Both the position numbers and the translations under genes were made by a program. This document shows positions 54,531 through 63,506 of a DNA stretch of 64,000 nt, one piece after another. The notes under the pieces are model-generated. The model saw only the letters and a program-made list of their open reading frames with translations, was not told the origin of the DNA and did not search any database. Source of the DNA: Solirubrobacterales bacterium (GTDB taxonomy: Bacteria > Actinomycetota > Thermoleophilia > Solirubrobacterales > 70-9). The stretch lies in contig JAXLSW010000009.1 of the NCBI GenBank assembly GCA_046330415.1, positions 3,162 through 67,161 of the forward strand. Direction: 5' to 3'. Positions within the stretch are counted from its first letter, which is position 1. Each line of letters opens with the position of its first letter.

Positions 54531-55363
54531 GCGCGCTGCTCGCCGCAGTCTGCGCCCTCTTGATCGCAGCGGCCCTGTGGCAGCTCGCGGCCGAGCGAGG
54601 CGAGGACGCCGGCGCGGCCATCCGGCGCCGTCTGCTTCGCCGCTCGGCTCGCAGCAGCGGCGTACTCAGCTCCGGGAGCTTCGTCGGCGGGCTGGAGGCG
54701 CGGATCGAGGCGGCGGCCATGGGCACGCGGCTCACTCCCGCCGCGCTGCTCGCCGTCAAGGCGGGGTGCGCGGCGCTGGCCGTTCCCTTCGCGCTGGTCG
54801 CAGCACCTGTGGCTCCGGGCCGGCTCGGCTCGCTCGTGCTCGTCGGCGTTCCCGTCGCGGCGTTCGTCCTTCCGGACCTGCTGCTCGAGCATCGAGCGCG
54901 GAGACGCCGCGGCCGCATCGCTGCCGCGCTTCCGGATGCGCTGGACCTGATGGCGACGGGTGCCGCAACCGGCCGTGGGGCGGGGGCGCTCCTCGCCGAC
55001 GCCATGCGCGGCGCCGCCGGTCCCCTGCGCGAGGAGCTGGCGCGGACGATCGCGGCGATCGAGTGCGGCGATTCGCAGGAGCGCGCGCTGCGCGCGATGC
55101 GGGAGCGCTCGCGCGGTGAGAACCTCGCGGCGCTGGCGACCGCCTTGGAGCGCTCGCGCCGCCATGGGGCGCCGCTCTCGCGGGCGCTTCACGAGCAGGC
55201 GGGATCGCTGCGCGAGGAGCACCGGCGCGCGATCGGCGAGGGCGCCGCGCGAGCCGCGCCGAAGATGCAGCTCGTCGTCGCCCTGCTGCTCGTGCCCTCG
55301 GTGCTGCTGATCGTCGCCGCGGCGATCCTCGCCAACTCGGGATCGCTGCTGCCGTCGTTCTGA
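54527..55363 (+). CDS. tadC: Tad pilus platform protein TadC (T2SS F family)
   Basis: GTGA overlap with tadB. LPDALDLMATGAATGRG...IECGDSQERALRAM.... C-terminal TM. Confidence 0.8.
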   Translation: MSALLAAVCALLIAAALWQLAAERGEDAGAAIRRRLLRRSARSSGVLSSGSFVGGLEARIEAAAMGTRLTPAALLAVKAGCAALAVPFALVAAPVAPGRLGSLVLVGVPVAAFVLPDLLLEHRARRRRGRIAAALPDALDLMATGAATGRGAGALLADAMRGAAGPLREELARTIAAIECGDSQERALRAMRERSRGENLAALATALERSRRHGAPLSRALHEQAGSLREEHRRAIGEGAARAAPKMQLVVALLLVPSVLLIVAAAILANSGSLLPSF

Positions 55364-55386
55364 CGGCGAGTGGCTCCGGCCGGGCC

Positions 55387-56271
55387 CTACTCGCCCGCCT
55401 CGGTGACGAGGCGCGAGGCGACGTCGCCGGCGGCCTTGCACATCGTGTCGAGCTCCTGAGCGTTGTCGTAGTGGCCGCGGACATAGCAGCAGAGGCTCCC
55501 GGCGGAGAGCTCCCAGGCGAACTTCTCCGGGGTGTGCTCGCTCATCCAGACGATGAAGGTCGGGGAGAAGAGCTGCTTCATCCAGACCTCGTCGTCGTTG
55601 GGTCCGTAGAAGATCTCGAAGTTCTTGTCGAGTACCTCGCTCTCGAGCTCGAGGCGCTTCATGCGCCGGAAGACGTCCTCAGCGCTGTCCATGAACCGGA
55701 ACCCCGAACGGCGCTGGCAGTTGATGTCGGCCACCTTCGCCGCGACGGAGGGGATGTCGTGCATGACGACGGTGAAGCGGTAGTAGTCGGTGTCGCGGTT
55801 GCCGTCGCTGTCGGTCGTCTCGACCTCGAAGGTGTAGAGGGCGAGCGCGCCGGGGGCGCCACCGGGAAGCGTGCCGTTCATGACCTGCTCGGCGTAGCGA
55901 CGGTCTCCCTTGCGAAGGAGCGGCGTGCTCGGCGGCAGGCTCGACTTGCCCGAGGCGCGGTTGAGGCCGCGGGCGCTCGCGTAGGCGGAGAAGAAGTCCT
56001 CCTTGGCGGCGTTGGAGGCGAGCACCCAGACGATCAGCAGGATCAGCAGGAAGATCGCGACCGCCGCGATGGCCCCGATCAGGGCGCCGCCGCCGATGGT
56101 GCCGCCGACGAAGGCGCCGATCAGGAAGACGCCGCCGATGCTCAGCGTCAGCGGGCGGCCGCTGAGGCGCTTGAAGTGAAGGCCGCGGGTGTCGTCGGCG
56201 TCGAGCGGTGCGGGCTGGGAGGGCGGGGCGACGCCCTCAGGGGGAGGCGGCGGCTGCGATCCGGACTCCAT
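55387..56271 (-). CDS. Membrane protein of unknown function (Pro-rich N-terminus, two TM helices, cytoplasmic domain)
   Basis: MESGSQPPPPPEG... then LSIGGVFLIGAFVGGTIGGGALIGAIAAVAIFLLILLIVWVL. The start is the internal ATG at 56271. Confidence 0.6.
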   Translation of the reverse strand: MESGSQPPPPPEGVAPPSQPAPLDADDTRGLHFKRLSGRPLTLSIGGVFLIGAFVGGTIGGGALIGAIAAVAIFLLILLIVWVLASNAAKEDFFSAYASARGLNRASGKSSLPPSTPLLRKGDRRYAEQVMNGTLPGGAPGALALYTFEVETTDSDGNRDTDYYRFTVVMHDIPSVAAKVADINCQRRSGFRFMDSAEDVFRRMKRLELESEVLDKNFEIFYGPNDDEVWMKQLFSPTFIVWMSEHTPEKFAWELSAGSLCCYVRGHYDNAQELDTMCKAAGDVASRLVTEAGE

Positions 56272-56464
56272 CGCGGGCAGGCTATCGACCCCGGCGGTGG
56301 GGCGTTCGTGCAACGGCCGTTGCAGGGCGGGGAGCGCCCCACATCGCCCCACCGCCGTACGGAAATGGCGGCTAATGGCTTGCTCAAGCGGTATTCAAGC
56401 GATCTGGCGGGCGCCTAGCAATGCCGTCCGACGCGTTCGATCCAATGCGCGGTGTGCTGATGTG

Positions 56465-56496
56465 TTGCACAGTGGGTCCTGGTGGGCTACTGTGGC
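56465..56496 (+). promoter_or_regulatory. Putative dcw promoter overlapped by three 10-bp-phased GTGGG-type repeats (MraZ-box-like)
   Basis: TTGCAC (56465-70), 17 nt, TACTGT (56488-93). Repeats GTGGG (56472), GTGGG (56482) and GTGGC (56492). Confidence 0.5.
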
Positions 56497-56648
56497 GCTC
56501 CAGTTGAGATCAGCGGGCCGGAGGGGCGAGGTTCCTCCCACCTCACCTCTCCGGCCCAGCTTTCTCACCGCGCCACCCGAGACCGCTTCTGAGAGGGACA
56601 TCCACCAGGGACAAGTTCGACCGTCACCGGCTTCCCACCTTCCGTTGC

Positions 56649-57119
56649 ATGACCTTTCGCGGCCTACAAGAGCTCTCCCTCGATCCGAAGAACCGGGTCA
56701 ACATCCCTGCGACCTACCGGCCGGCGTTCGCCAACGGGCTCGTGCTGCGGCCAAGCGTCGAGAACTGCATCGAGCTCTGGCCGGAGGATTCGGCCGAGGA
56801 GATGGAGGCCGCGACCCTCGGCGAGCTCAACCCCTTCAGCCGCGATTCGCGCCGGATGCAGCGCCGGATCTTCTCGATGTCGGTCAACGGAAAGCTCGAT
56901 TCCGCGGGGCGCGTCCTGCTGAGCAAGGAGCTGATCGAGAGCGCCGGCCTCGAGGGCAAGTGCGTGGTCGCGGGCGCCGGCACTCACCTGGAGATCTGGA
57001 GCCCCGAGGAATGGGACTCGGAGTCGACGGAGAACGAGAAGAAGGCCGAAGAGCTTGCAGAGAGCCTCGCCGCCAAGCACGACGCCGCACGAGGCGCGGT
57101 GCCGGGGGGCGGTGCCTGA
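56649..57119 (+). CDS. mraZ: Transcriptional regulator MraZ
   Basis: Two SpoVT/AbrB-like halves: SLDPKNRVNIPATYR and KLDSAGRVLLSKEL. First gene of the dcw cluster. Confidence 0.9.
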   Translation: MTFRGLQELSLDPKNRVNIPATYRPAFANGLVLRPSVENCIELWPEDSAEEMEAATLGELNPFSRDSRRMQRRIFSMSVNGKLDSAGRVLLSKELIESAGLEGKCVVAGAGTHLEIWSPEEWDSESTENEKKAEELAESLAAKHDAARGAVPGGGA

Positions 57120-57120
57120 C

Positions 57121-58086
57121 ATGGTGACACTGAGCTACATGCCCATCGAGCACGTCCCCGTCCTGGCCGCCGAGGTCATCCGCGACGCCGCCCCTCAACC
57201 CGGTGACACCGTCGTCGACTGCACGTTCGGCGGTGGCGGCCACTCCCGCCTGATCGCCGACCGGCTCGGGCCGGAGGGGACGTTGATCTGCATCGATCGG
57301 GATCCTGCCGCGCGCGAGCGCTTCGAGCAGATCGCCCACGAGGCCCCCTGCGAGACCCGCTTCATCGGCAGCGACTTCGCCGACGCGCTCGCCGAGCTCG
57401 CCGCCGAGGGGGTGCACCCCGACGTGATCCTCTTCGACCTCGGCGTCTCCTCGATGCAGATCGACGCCTGGGAGCGCGGCTTCTCCTACTCCTTCGACGC
57501 GCCGCTCGACATGCGCATGGACCCCGACTCGGAGCTGACCGCGGCCGAGGTCGTCAACGAGTGGCCGGAAAGCAGGATCGCCGAGATCCTCCGCAACTAC
57601 TCCGACGAGCGCCACGCGCGTTCAATCGCCCGCGAGATCGTCGCCGCGCGCCCGCTCGAGACCACGTCCGAGCTCGTCGACGCGGTCCGCGCCGGGGTGC
57701 CGCCCAAGGTCCGCTTCGGGCGTGGCAACCCGGCCAAGCGCACGTTCCAGGCGATCCGGATCGCCGTCAACGAGGAGCTCGGCCAGCTCGACGCGGCGCT
57801 GCCGCAGGCGTGGGACCTGCTCGCGCCCGGTGGCCGCCTCGCAGCCATCTCCTTCCACTCCCTCGAGGATCGCCGCGTCAAGCGGTTCCTGGCCGAGCGC
57901 GCACGCGGATGCATTTGCCCGCCGGAGCTGCCCGTCTGCCAGTGCGGGCTCGAGCCGGAGGCCGAGCTGATCACCCGCAAGGGCGTCGCCCCCAGCGCGG
58001 GTGAGGTCGCGCAGAACCCGCGTGCAGCCTCGGCTCACCTCCGGGTGGCCCGCAAGCTCGACGGCACCGGCGAGGAGGAGATCTGA
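57121..58086 (+). CDS. rsmH: 16S rRNA (cytosine1402-N4)-methyltransferase RsmH/MraW
   Basis: HVPVLAAEV...VDCTFGGGGHS...DLGVSSMQID...ISFHSLEDRRVK. Confidence 0.9.
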   Translation: MVTLSYMPIEHVPVLAAEVIRDAAPQPGDTVVDCTFGGGGHSRLIADRLGPEGTLICIDRDPAARERFEQIAHEAPCETRFIGSDFADALAELAAEGVHPDVILFDLGVSSMQIDAWERGFSYSFDAPLDMRMDPDSELTAAEVVNEWPESRIAEILRNYSDERHARSIAREIVAARPLETTSELVDAVRAGVPPKVRFGRGNPAKRTFQAIRIAVNEELGQLDAALPQAWDLLAPGGRLAAISFHSLEDRRVKRFLAERARGCICPPELPVCQCGLEPEAELITRKGVAPSAGEVAQNPRAASAHLRVARKLDGTGEEEI

Positions 58087-58883
58087 TGGGCGCGCCCGCG
58101 GTCAGCGCTCCTCGTCGCGCGGCGAAGCCGAAGCCGAAGCCTCGCGCCGCGGCCGCGAAGCCCCGCTCGCGCGCCGCCACCGCGCAGCCGAAGCCCCGCG
58201 CCACCGCCAGGCCCAAGGCACGTGCCGCGGCTCGGCCGGCCGCGCAGCCGCGCACCCGGACCGGATCGGGGGCGGTGGCGGGCGCCGGCAACGTCGTGAT
58301 GCTGCCCGTCTCGGCGGTCAGCGGCATCGCCGACAGCGGCCTGGTCACGAGGATGACGCGAAGCCGGCTCTGGATCGGCGTTCTCGGTCTCCTGCTCGGC
58401 GGCATCGTCGCGATCAACGTGCTCGGGCTCGGTCTCAGCGCTTCATCGAGCACGACCGAGTCGCGGATCGACTCCCTGCAGAGCGACAACGGCGTGCTTC
58501 GCATGCGGGAGGCCAAGCGGCTCTCCACCGAGGAGATTCAGCAGAAGGCGGCGGCGCTCGGCCTCTTCGTTCCGGCTCCCGACGCCATCAAGTACCTGCG
58601 CTCCGGGGGCGACGACGCCGCCGTTGCCGCCAAGCGCCTCGCCGCCGGCGAGATCACCGCCGGGACCCCCGCCGCTGAGGACGGTGCGGTCGCCGATGCG
58701 GCGGACGATGTCGCGACCACAGTCGATCCGGCGGCGACCACCACCACGGATCCCGCCGCCGCGGCGACGACTCCGTCGGAGCCGATCATCGACCCGAACA
58801 CCGGCCAGCCCGCCGTCGATCCCGCGACGGGAGCCCCGATCATCGCCGTCGATCCCGTGACCGGCGCCGCGATCACCGGATGA
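58086..58883 (+). CDS. FtsL-position cell-division membrane protein with a basic A/K/P/R-rich N-terminal tail and a T/P/A-rich C-terminal extension
   Basis: Position between rsmH and ftsI. Single TM LWIGVLGLLLGGIVAINVLGLGL followed by a short coiled segment. TGATG and ATGA overlaps with the neighbours. Confidence 0.6.
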   Translation: MGAPAVSAPRRAAKPKPKPRAAAAKPRSRAATAQPKPRATARPKARAAARPAAQPRTRTGSGAVAGAGNVVMLPVSAVSGIADSGLVTRMTRSRLWIGVLGLLLGGIVAINVLGLGLSASSSTTESRIDSLQSDNGVLRMREAKRLSTEEIQQKAAALGLFVPAPDAIKYLRSGGDDAAVAAKRLAAGEITAGTPAAEDGAVADAADDVATTVDPAATTTTDPAAAATTPSEPIIDPNTGQPAVDPATGAPIIAVDPVTGAAITG

Positions 58884-60580
58884 GCCCGCGTCGCAGATCG
58901 CGGGACGGTGCGATCGCGATGAGGCTGATCGAGAGGCGATCGGGGCTGCTCTTCGCCGCCTTCGCGCTCGCGTTCCTCGTCATCTTCGTGCGCGCGGCCT
59001 GGCTGCAGGCGGTCAAGGGCGGGGAGTTCAGCGCCGATGCCCGCAGCCAGCAGGTCGCCACCGCGACCATCCCCGGTATCCGTGGGTCGATCCTGGACCG
59101 CAACGGCAGCGCGCTCGCCGTCTCCGAGGAGGCGGCCACCATCTACGCGACGCCGTATCAGGTCGTCGATCCGCCGAAGGCCGCCCACAAGCTCTCCGAG
59201 GTGCTGAACATCCCCGAGGACGAGCTGCTGAAGCATCTGACGGCGCAGACGGGCTTCGAGTACCTCGCCAAGCAGGTCGACCTGGTCACCGCCAAGCGGG
59301 TGGAGAAGCTCGATCTCGACGGCATCGGCCAGCTTCCCGACTCCCGCCGGGTGTACCCGCAGGGAAGCGACGGCGGGCGCATGATCGGCGCCATCGGCGA
59401 CGAGGGGCAGGGTCTCTTCGGGATCGAGGCGAACGAGAACGGCGTGCTCGCCGGCACCGACGGCGAGATCGCCGTCACCCGGGATGCGCTGGGCCAAGAG
59501 ATCGCTCGCGACACCGTCACCGGCGCCGAGGCCGGCCACGACGTGCGCCTGACCGTCGACAGCCGCATCCAGGCATACACGGAGAAGGTCCTCAAGGACG
59601 TGGGCGACACCTACGACCCCGAGGGTGCGACAGCGGTCGTCATGAACCCGCAGAACGGGGACGTCCTGGCGATGGCGAGCTGGCCGCCGATCGACCCCTC
59701 CGACCTCAGCGACGCCACCGCGGAGCAGACGGTCAACATGCCGACGGGCTACACCTACGAGCCGGGCTCGACGTTCAAGGCCTTCACCGTCGCCGGCGCG
59801 CTCGAGGACGGGACGGTGAAGCCGAACACGACCTTCGACGTCGGCCCATCCATCCAGGTCGCCGACCGGACGATCGAGGAGGCGCACGAGGGCCTCGGCT
59901 ACCGCACCCTGAGCACCGCCGACATCCTCGCTCAGTCCTCGAACGTGGGAGCGGTGAAGATCGGCCTCGAGGTCGGTGCCAAGCGCTTCAGCGAGTGGGT
60001 GGACAAGTTCGGCTTCGGCCACCCGACCGGGATCCAGTACTCGCCCGACGAGCAGGGGATCGTGCCTCCCTACTCGGACTACTCGGGCTCATCGATCGGC
60101 AACCTGCCAATCGGCCAGGGCCTCTCGGTGACCCCGATGCAGATGATGGAGGGCTACGCGGCGATCGCCAACGGCGGCATCCTGCGACCGCCGCGGCTGC
60201 TCGAGTCGGTCGACGGGCAGCCCGTGGAGGAGCCCGACGGCCACCGCGTGATCAGCGAGCAGACCTCCTCGGAGCTGCGCAAGATGCTCGAGGGCGTGCT
60301 GGGCCCGTTCGGCACCGCGCCCGAAGTCGAGGTGCCCGGCTACGTGCTCGCGGGCAAGACCGGTACCGCGCAGAAGGTCATCGACGGCACCTACTCCGAC
60401 ACCCAGTTCGTCGCTTCGTTCGTCGGGTTCGCTCCCGCCGACGACCCGAAGCTCCTCGTCTCGGTGATCGTCGACGACCCCAAGGGCGGCGACTACTACG
60501 GCGGCACGGTGGCCGCCCCGGCCTTCGGTGAGATCGCCAGCTTCGCGCTTCCCTACCTGGGGATCGCGCCGAGCGGCTGA
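58880..60580 (+). CDS. ftsI: Class B penicillin-binding protein (FtsI/PBP3-type transpeptidase)
   Basis: N-terminal TM. SxxK (GSTFK), SxN (SSN), KTG(T) (GKTGTA). Confidence 0.9.
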   Translation: MSPRRRSRDGAIAMRLIERRSGLLFAAFALAFLVIFVRAAWLQAVKGGEFSADARSQQVATATIPGIRGSILDRNGSALAVSEEAATIYATPYQVVDPPKAAHKLSEVLNIPEDELLKHLTAQTGFEYLAKQVDLVTAKRVEKLDLDGIGQLPDSRRVYPQGSDGGRMIGAIGDEGQGLFGIEANENGVLAGTDGEIAVTRDALGQEIARDTVTGAEAGHDVRLTVDSRIQAYTEKVLKDVGDTYDPEGATAVVMNPQNGDVLAMASWPPIDPSDLSDATAEQTVNMPTGYTYEPGSTFKAFTVAGALEDGTVKPNTTFDVGPSIQVADRTIEEAHEGLGYRTLSTADILAQSSNVGAVKIGLEVGAKRFSEWVDKFGFGHPTGIQYSPDEQGIVPPYSDYSGSSIGNLPIGQGLSVTPMQMMEGYAAIANGGILRPPRLLESVDGQPVEEPDGHRVISEQTSSELRKMLEGVLGPFGTAPEVEVPGYVLAGKTGTAQKVIDGTYSDTQFVASFVGFAPADDPKLLVSVIVDDPKGGDYYGGTVAAPAFGEIASFALPYLGIAPSG

Positions 60581-60624
60581 CGCTGACGGGGAAGCCGCCA
60601 CCCGCGAACCTAGAATCGCGGGCG

Positions 60625-62145
60625 ATGAGGCTCGACCAGCTCCTCGGCGGCGGCCTGCCCGCGCGCCTGCACCGCGGCGACGGCTCGACGGAGATCACCG
60701 ATCTCGCCTTCGACAGCTCTCGCGTCGAGCCGGGGACGCTGTTCTTCTGCGTGCGCGGGATGACCTCCGACGGCCATCGCTTCGCGCCCGACGCGGTCGC
60801 CGCGGGCGCCGCGGCGCTGGTCGTCGACCATGAGCTCGGCGACCTCGACGTGCCGCAGGTGCTCGTCGAGGACACGCGCCGCGCGATGGCGCCGCTTGCG
60901 GCGCGCTTCTTCGGCGATCCGAGCCGGGAGCTGAGGATGGTGGGCATCACCGGGACGAACGGCAAGACGACCACGGCGTTCCTGACCCGCTCGATCCTCG
61001 AGGAGGCCGGTCTGAGCTGCGGCCTGCTTGGCACGGTCAAGCAGGTGGTGGGCGGCGTCGAGGAGGAGGTCGTGCGGACGACGCCGGAGGCGATCGACCT
61101 GCAGCGGACATTCCGGCGCATGCTCGATTCCGGCGATCGCGCCTGCGTCATGGAGGTCTCCTCCCACGCGCTCGTGCTCGGGCGGGCGGACGCGATCGAC
61201 TTCGACGTCGCGGCCTTCACCAACCTCACCCAGGACCACCTCGACTTCCACAGCGACATGGAGGACTACTTCGCGGCGAAGCGCTTGCTGTTCCTGCCGC
61301 CCCCCGGAGGCGCGCTCGTCGCACCGGACGTCGCCGTGGTCAACGTCGACGACGGCTATGGGGCGAAGCTCCGCGCGGAGCTGCTCGCCGCCGACGGGCC
61401 CGCGGTCGTCTCGTTCTCGGCGGCGGGTGGGGAGGCGGACCTGTCCGCCACGGACGTCTCCTTCGATGCGACGGGCACCCGCTTCGAGCTTCGCCGGGGC
61501 GACGGGGCCGAGCCACGGCAGGTGCGGCTCGGGATCCCGGGCCACTTCAACGTCGAGAACGCGCTCGCGGCCCTCGGCTGCGCGCGGGGCCTGGACGTAG
61601 ACCTCGCCACGGCTATCGGCGCCCTCGCGGACGCGGAGCCGGTCCCGGGGCGGATGGAGCCCGTCGACGAGGGGCAGGGTTTCGGCGTGCTCGTCGACTA
61701 CGCGCACACTCCCGATTCGCTGGAGAACGTGCTGCGCGCGGCGAGGCGGCTGACCGCCGGCCGGCTGATCTGCGTCTACGGATGCGGCGGCGACCGCGAC
61801 GCGGGCAAGCGCCAGCTGATGGTCGCCGCCGGTGCCGAGCTCTCAGACGTGCCGGTCGTCACCTCCGACAACCCGCGTTCTGAGGATCCCGATGCGATCA
61901 TCGCTCAGATGCTCGAGGGGATAGCGGCCGCGCGCCGCGAGGACGTGATCGTCGACGCCGATCGGCGCCGCGCGATCGCCACGGCGCTCGGGACCGCCGA
62001 GCCCGGCGATCTCGTCGTGATCGCCGGCAAGGGCCACGAGCAGGGGCAGGAGTTCGAGGGCGGCCGCAAGGAGCCCTTCGACGACCGCGACGTCGCCCGC
62101 GAGGAGCTCGGGCGGCTGCGCGAGGCGGGAGGAGCGCCCGCGTGA
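60625..62145 (+). CDS. murE: UDP-N-acetylmuramoyl-L-alanyl-D-glutamate--2,6-diaminopimelate ligase
   Basis: GITGTNGKTTT. The DNPR motif (VVTSDNPRSEDP) indicates meso-DAP specificity. Confidence 0.9.
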   Translation: MRLDQLLGGGLPARLHRGDGSTEITDLAFDSSRVEPGTLFFCVRGMTSDGHRFAPDAVAAGAAALVVDHELGDLDVPQVLVEDTRRAMAPLAARFFGDPSRELRMVGITGTNGKTTTAFLTRSILEEAGLSCGLLGTVKQVVGGVEEEVVRTTPEAIDLQRTFRRMLDSGDRACVMEVSSHALVLGRADAIDFDVAAFTNLTQDHLDFHSDMEDYFAAKRLLFLPPPGGALVAPDVAVVNVDDGYGAKLRAELLAADGPAVVSFSAAGGEADLSATDVSFDATGTRFELRRGDGAEPRQVRLGIPGHFNVENALAALGCARGLDVDLATAIGALADAEPVPGRMEPVDEGQGFGVLVDYAHTPDSLENVLRAARRLTAGRLICVYGCGGDRDAGKRQLMVAAGAELSDVPVVTSDNPRSEDPDAIIAQMLEGIAAARREDVIVDADRRRAIATALGTAEPGDLVVIAGKGHEQGQEFEGGRKEPFDDRDVAREELGRLREAGGAPA

Positions 62146-63506
62146 TCGAGCTCGATCCCGATCGGATCGCGGCCGAGTCCGGCGCGACCATCCTGCAGCG
62201 CGGGGAGGGGGGTCGGCCCGAGCGCGCGGTCATCGACTCCCGCGAGGCTGCGGCAGGTGACCTCTTCTTCGGCCTCACGGGCGAGAACACCGACGGCGGC
62301 CGCTTCGCTGAGGCCGTTCTCGCCGGTGGCGCGTGGGGCGTCGTGGCAGGGCCCGCCTGGGCGGCTGAGCTGGCGTCCTCCGGGGGGCACTCCGGCTGGA
62401 TCTACGCCGCCGACGATCCGCTGGCGGCGTTGCAGAAGCTCGCGCGCGCCTGGCGCCGGCGGATCGGCTGCCCACTGGTCGGCATCACCGGCTCCACGGG
62501 GAAGACGACCGCCAAGGACATCACCCGCTCGATCCTGCCGCGGCGTGTCCACGCGAGCCCCGAGAACTTCAACACCGAGATCGGCATGCCGCTGGCACTG
62601 CTGTCGGCGCCGCTGGAGACCGAGGTCCTGGTGATGGAGATGGCGATGCGCGGCAAGGGGCAGATCGCCGAGCTCTGCGAGATCGCCGAGCCCGACATCG
62701 CCGCGATCACGAACATCGGTCCCGTCCACCTCGAGTTGCTCGGGACCGTGGAGGCGATCGCCGAGGCGAAGGCCGAGATCCTGCAAGGACTGAAGCGCTC
62801 CGGCCGGGCGGTGATCCCTGTGGGTGCGGAGGAGCTGACGCCGCACCTCAGCGACTGGCTGCAGACGACGACCTTCGGGTCGGGCGGGGACGTGCACGCG
62901 GCGAATGAGCGCGTCTCAACCGAGCGCACCGATGCGCTCATATCGACCCCGCTCGGCGAGGCTGAGTTCACCTTCCCCTTCGAGGAGGCGCACAACCTCG
63001 CCAACGCGCTCTGCGCGGTTGGGATCGGCACGGCGCTGGAGATCGACCCGCGCGAGATGGCGCCCCTGGCCCCGCGGATACAGTTCTCCCGCCTCAGGGG
63101 CGAACGGGTGCAGCTGCAAGGGGAGATTCTCCTGCTCAACGACTGCTACAACGCCAACCCGATCTCGATGCGCGCCGCGATCGACCATCTCGCGTCGATG
63201 CCGGCGCGCCGCCGCCGCGTCGGCATCCTCGGCGGCATGGCCGAGCTCGGCCCCGACGCACCCAGCTTCCACGCGGAGATCGCCGCCCACGCCCGCAACC
63301 TCGGGATCGAGCCGCTGATCGGCGTCGGCGAGCTCGCGCGCGACTACGAGCCAGACGAGTGGGCTCCCGATCCGCTCGCCGGGGCCACCCTCGCCGAGCG
63401 CATCCTCGGACCCGGGGACGTCGCGTTGGTCAAGGGCTCCCGCTCCGTGGGCCTCGAGGCGCTCACCGACGCGCTGCGGGCCCGGCTCGGGGAGGTCGAG
63501 GAGTGA
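62142..63506 (+). CDS. murF: UDP-N-acetylmuramoyl-tripeptide--D-alanyl-D-alanine ligase
   Basis: GITGSTGKTTAKD, NDCYNANP. 4-nt overlaps on both sides. Confidence 0.9.
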   Translation: MIELDPDRIAAESGATILQRGEGGRPERAVIDSREAAAGDLFFGLTGENTDGGRFAEAVLAGGAWGVVAGPAWAAELASSGGHSGWIYAADDPLAALQKLARAWRRRIGCPLVGITGSTGKTTAKDITRSILPRRVHASPENFNTEIGMPLALLSAPLETEVLVMEMAMRGKGQIAELCEIAEPDIAAITNIGPVHLELLGTVEAIAEAKAEILQGLKRSGRAVIPVGAEELTPHLSDWLQTTTFGSGGDVHAANERVSTERTDALISTPLGEAEFTFPFEEAHNLANALCAVGIGTALEIDPREMAPLAPRIQFSRLRGERVQLQGEILLLNDCYNANPISMRAAIDHLASMPARRRRVGILGGMAELGPDAPSFHAEIAAHARNLGIEPLIGVGELARDYEPDEWAPDPLAGATLAERILGPGDVALVKGSRSVGLEALTDALRARLGEVEE

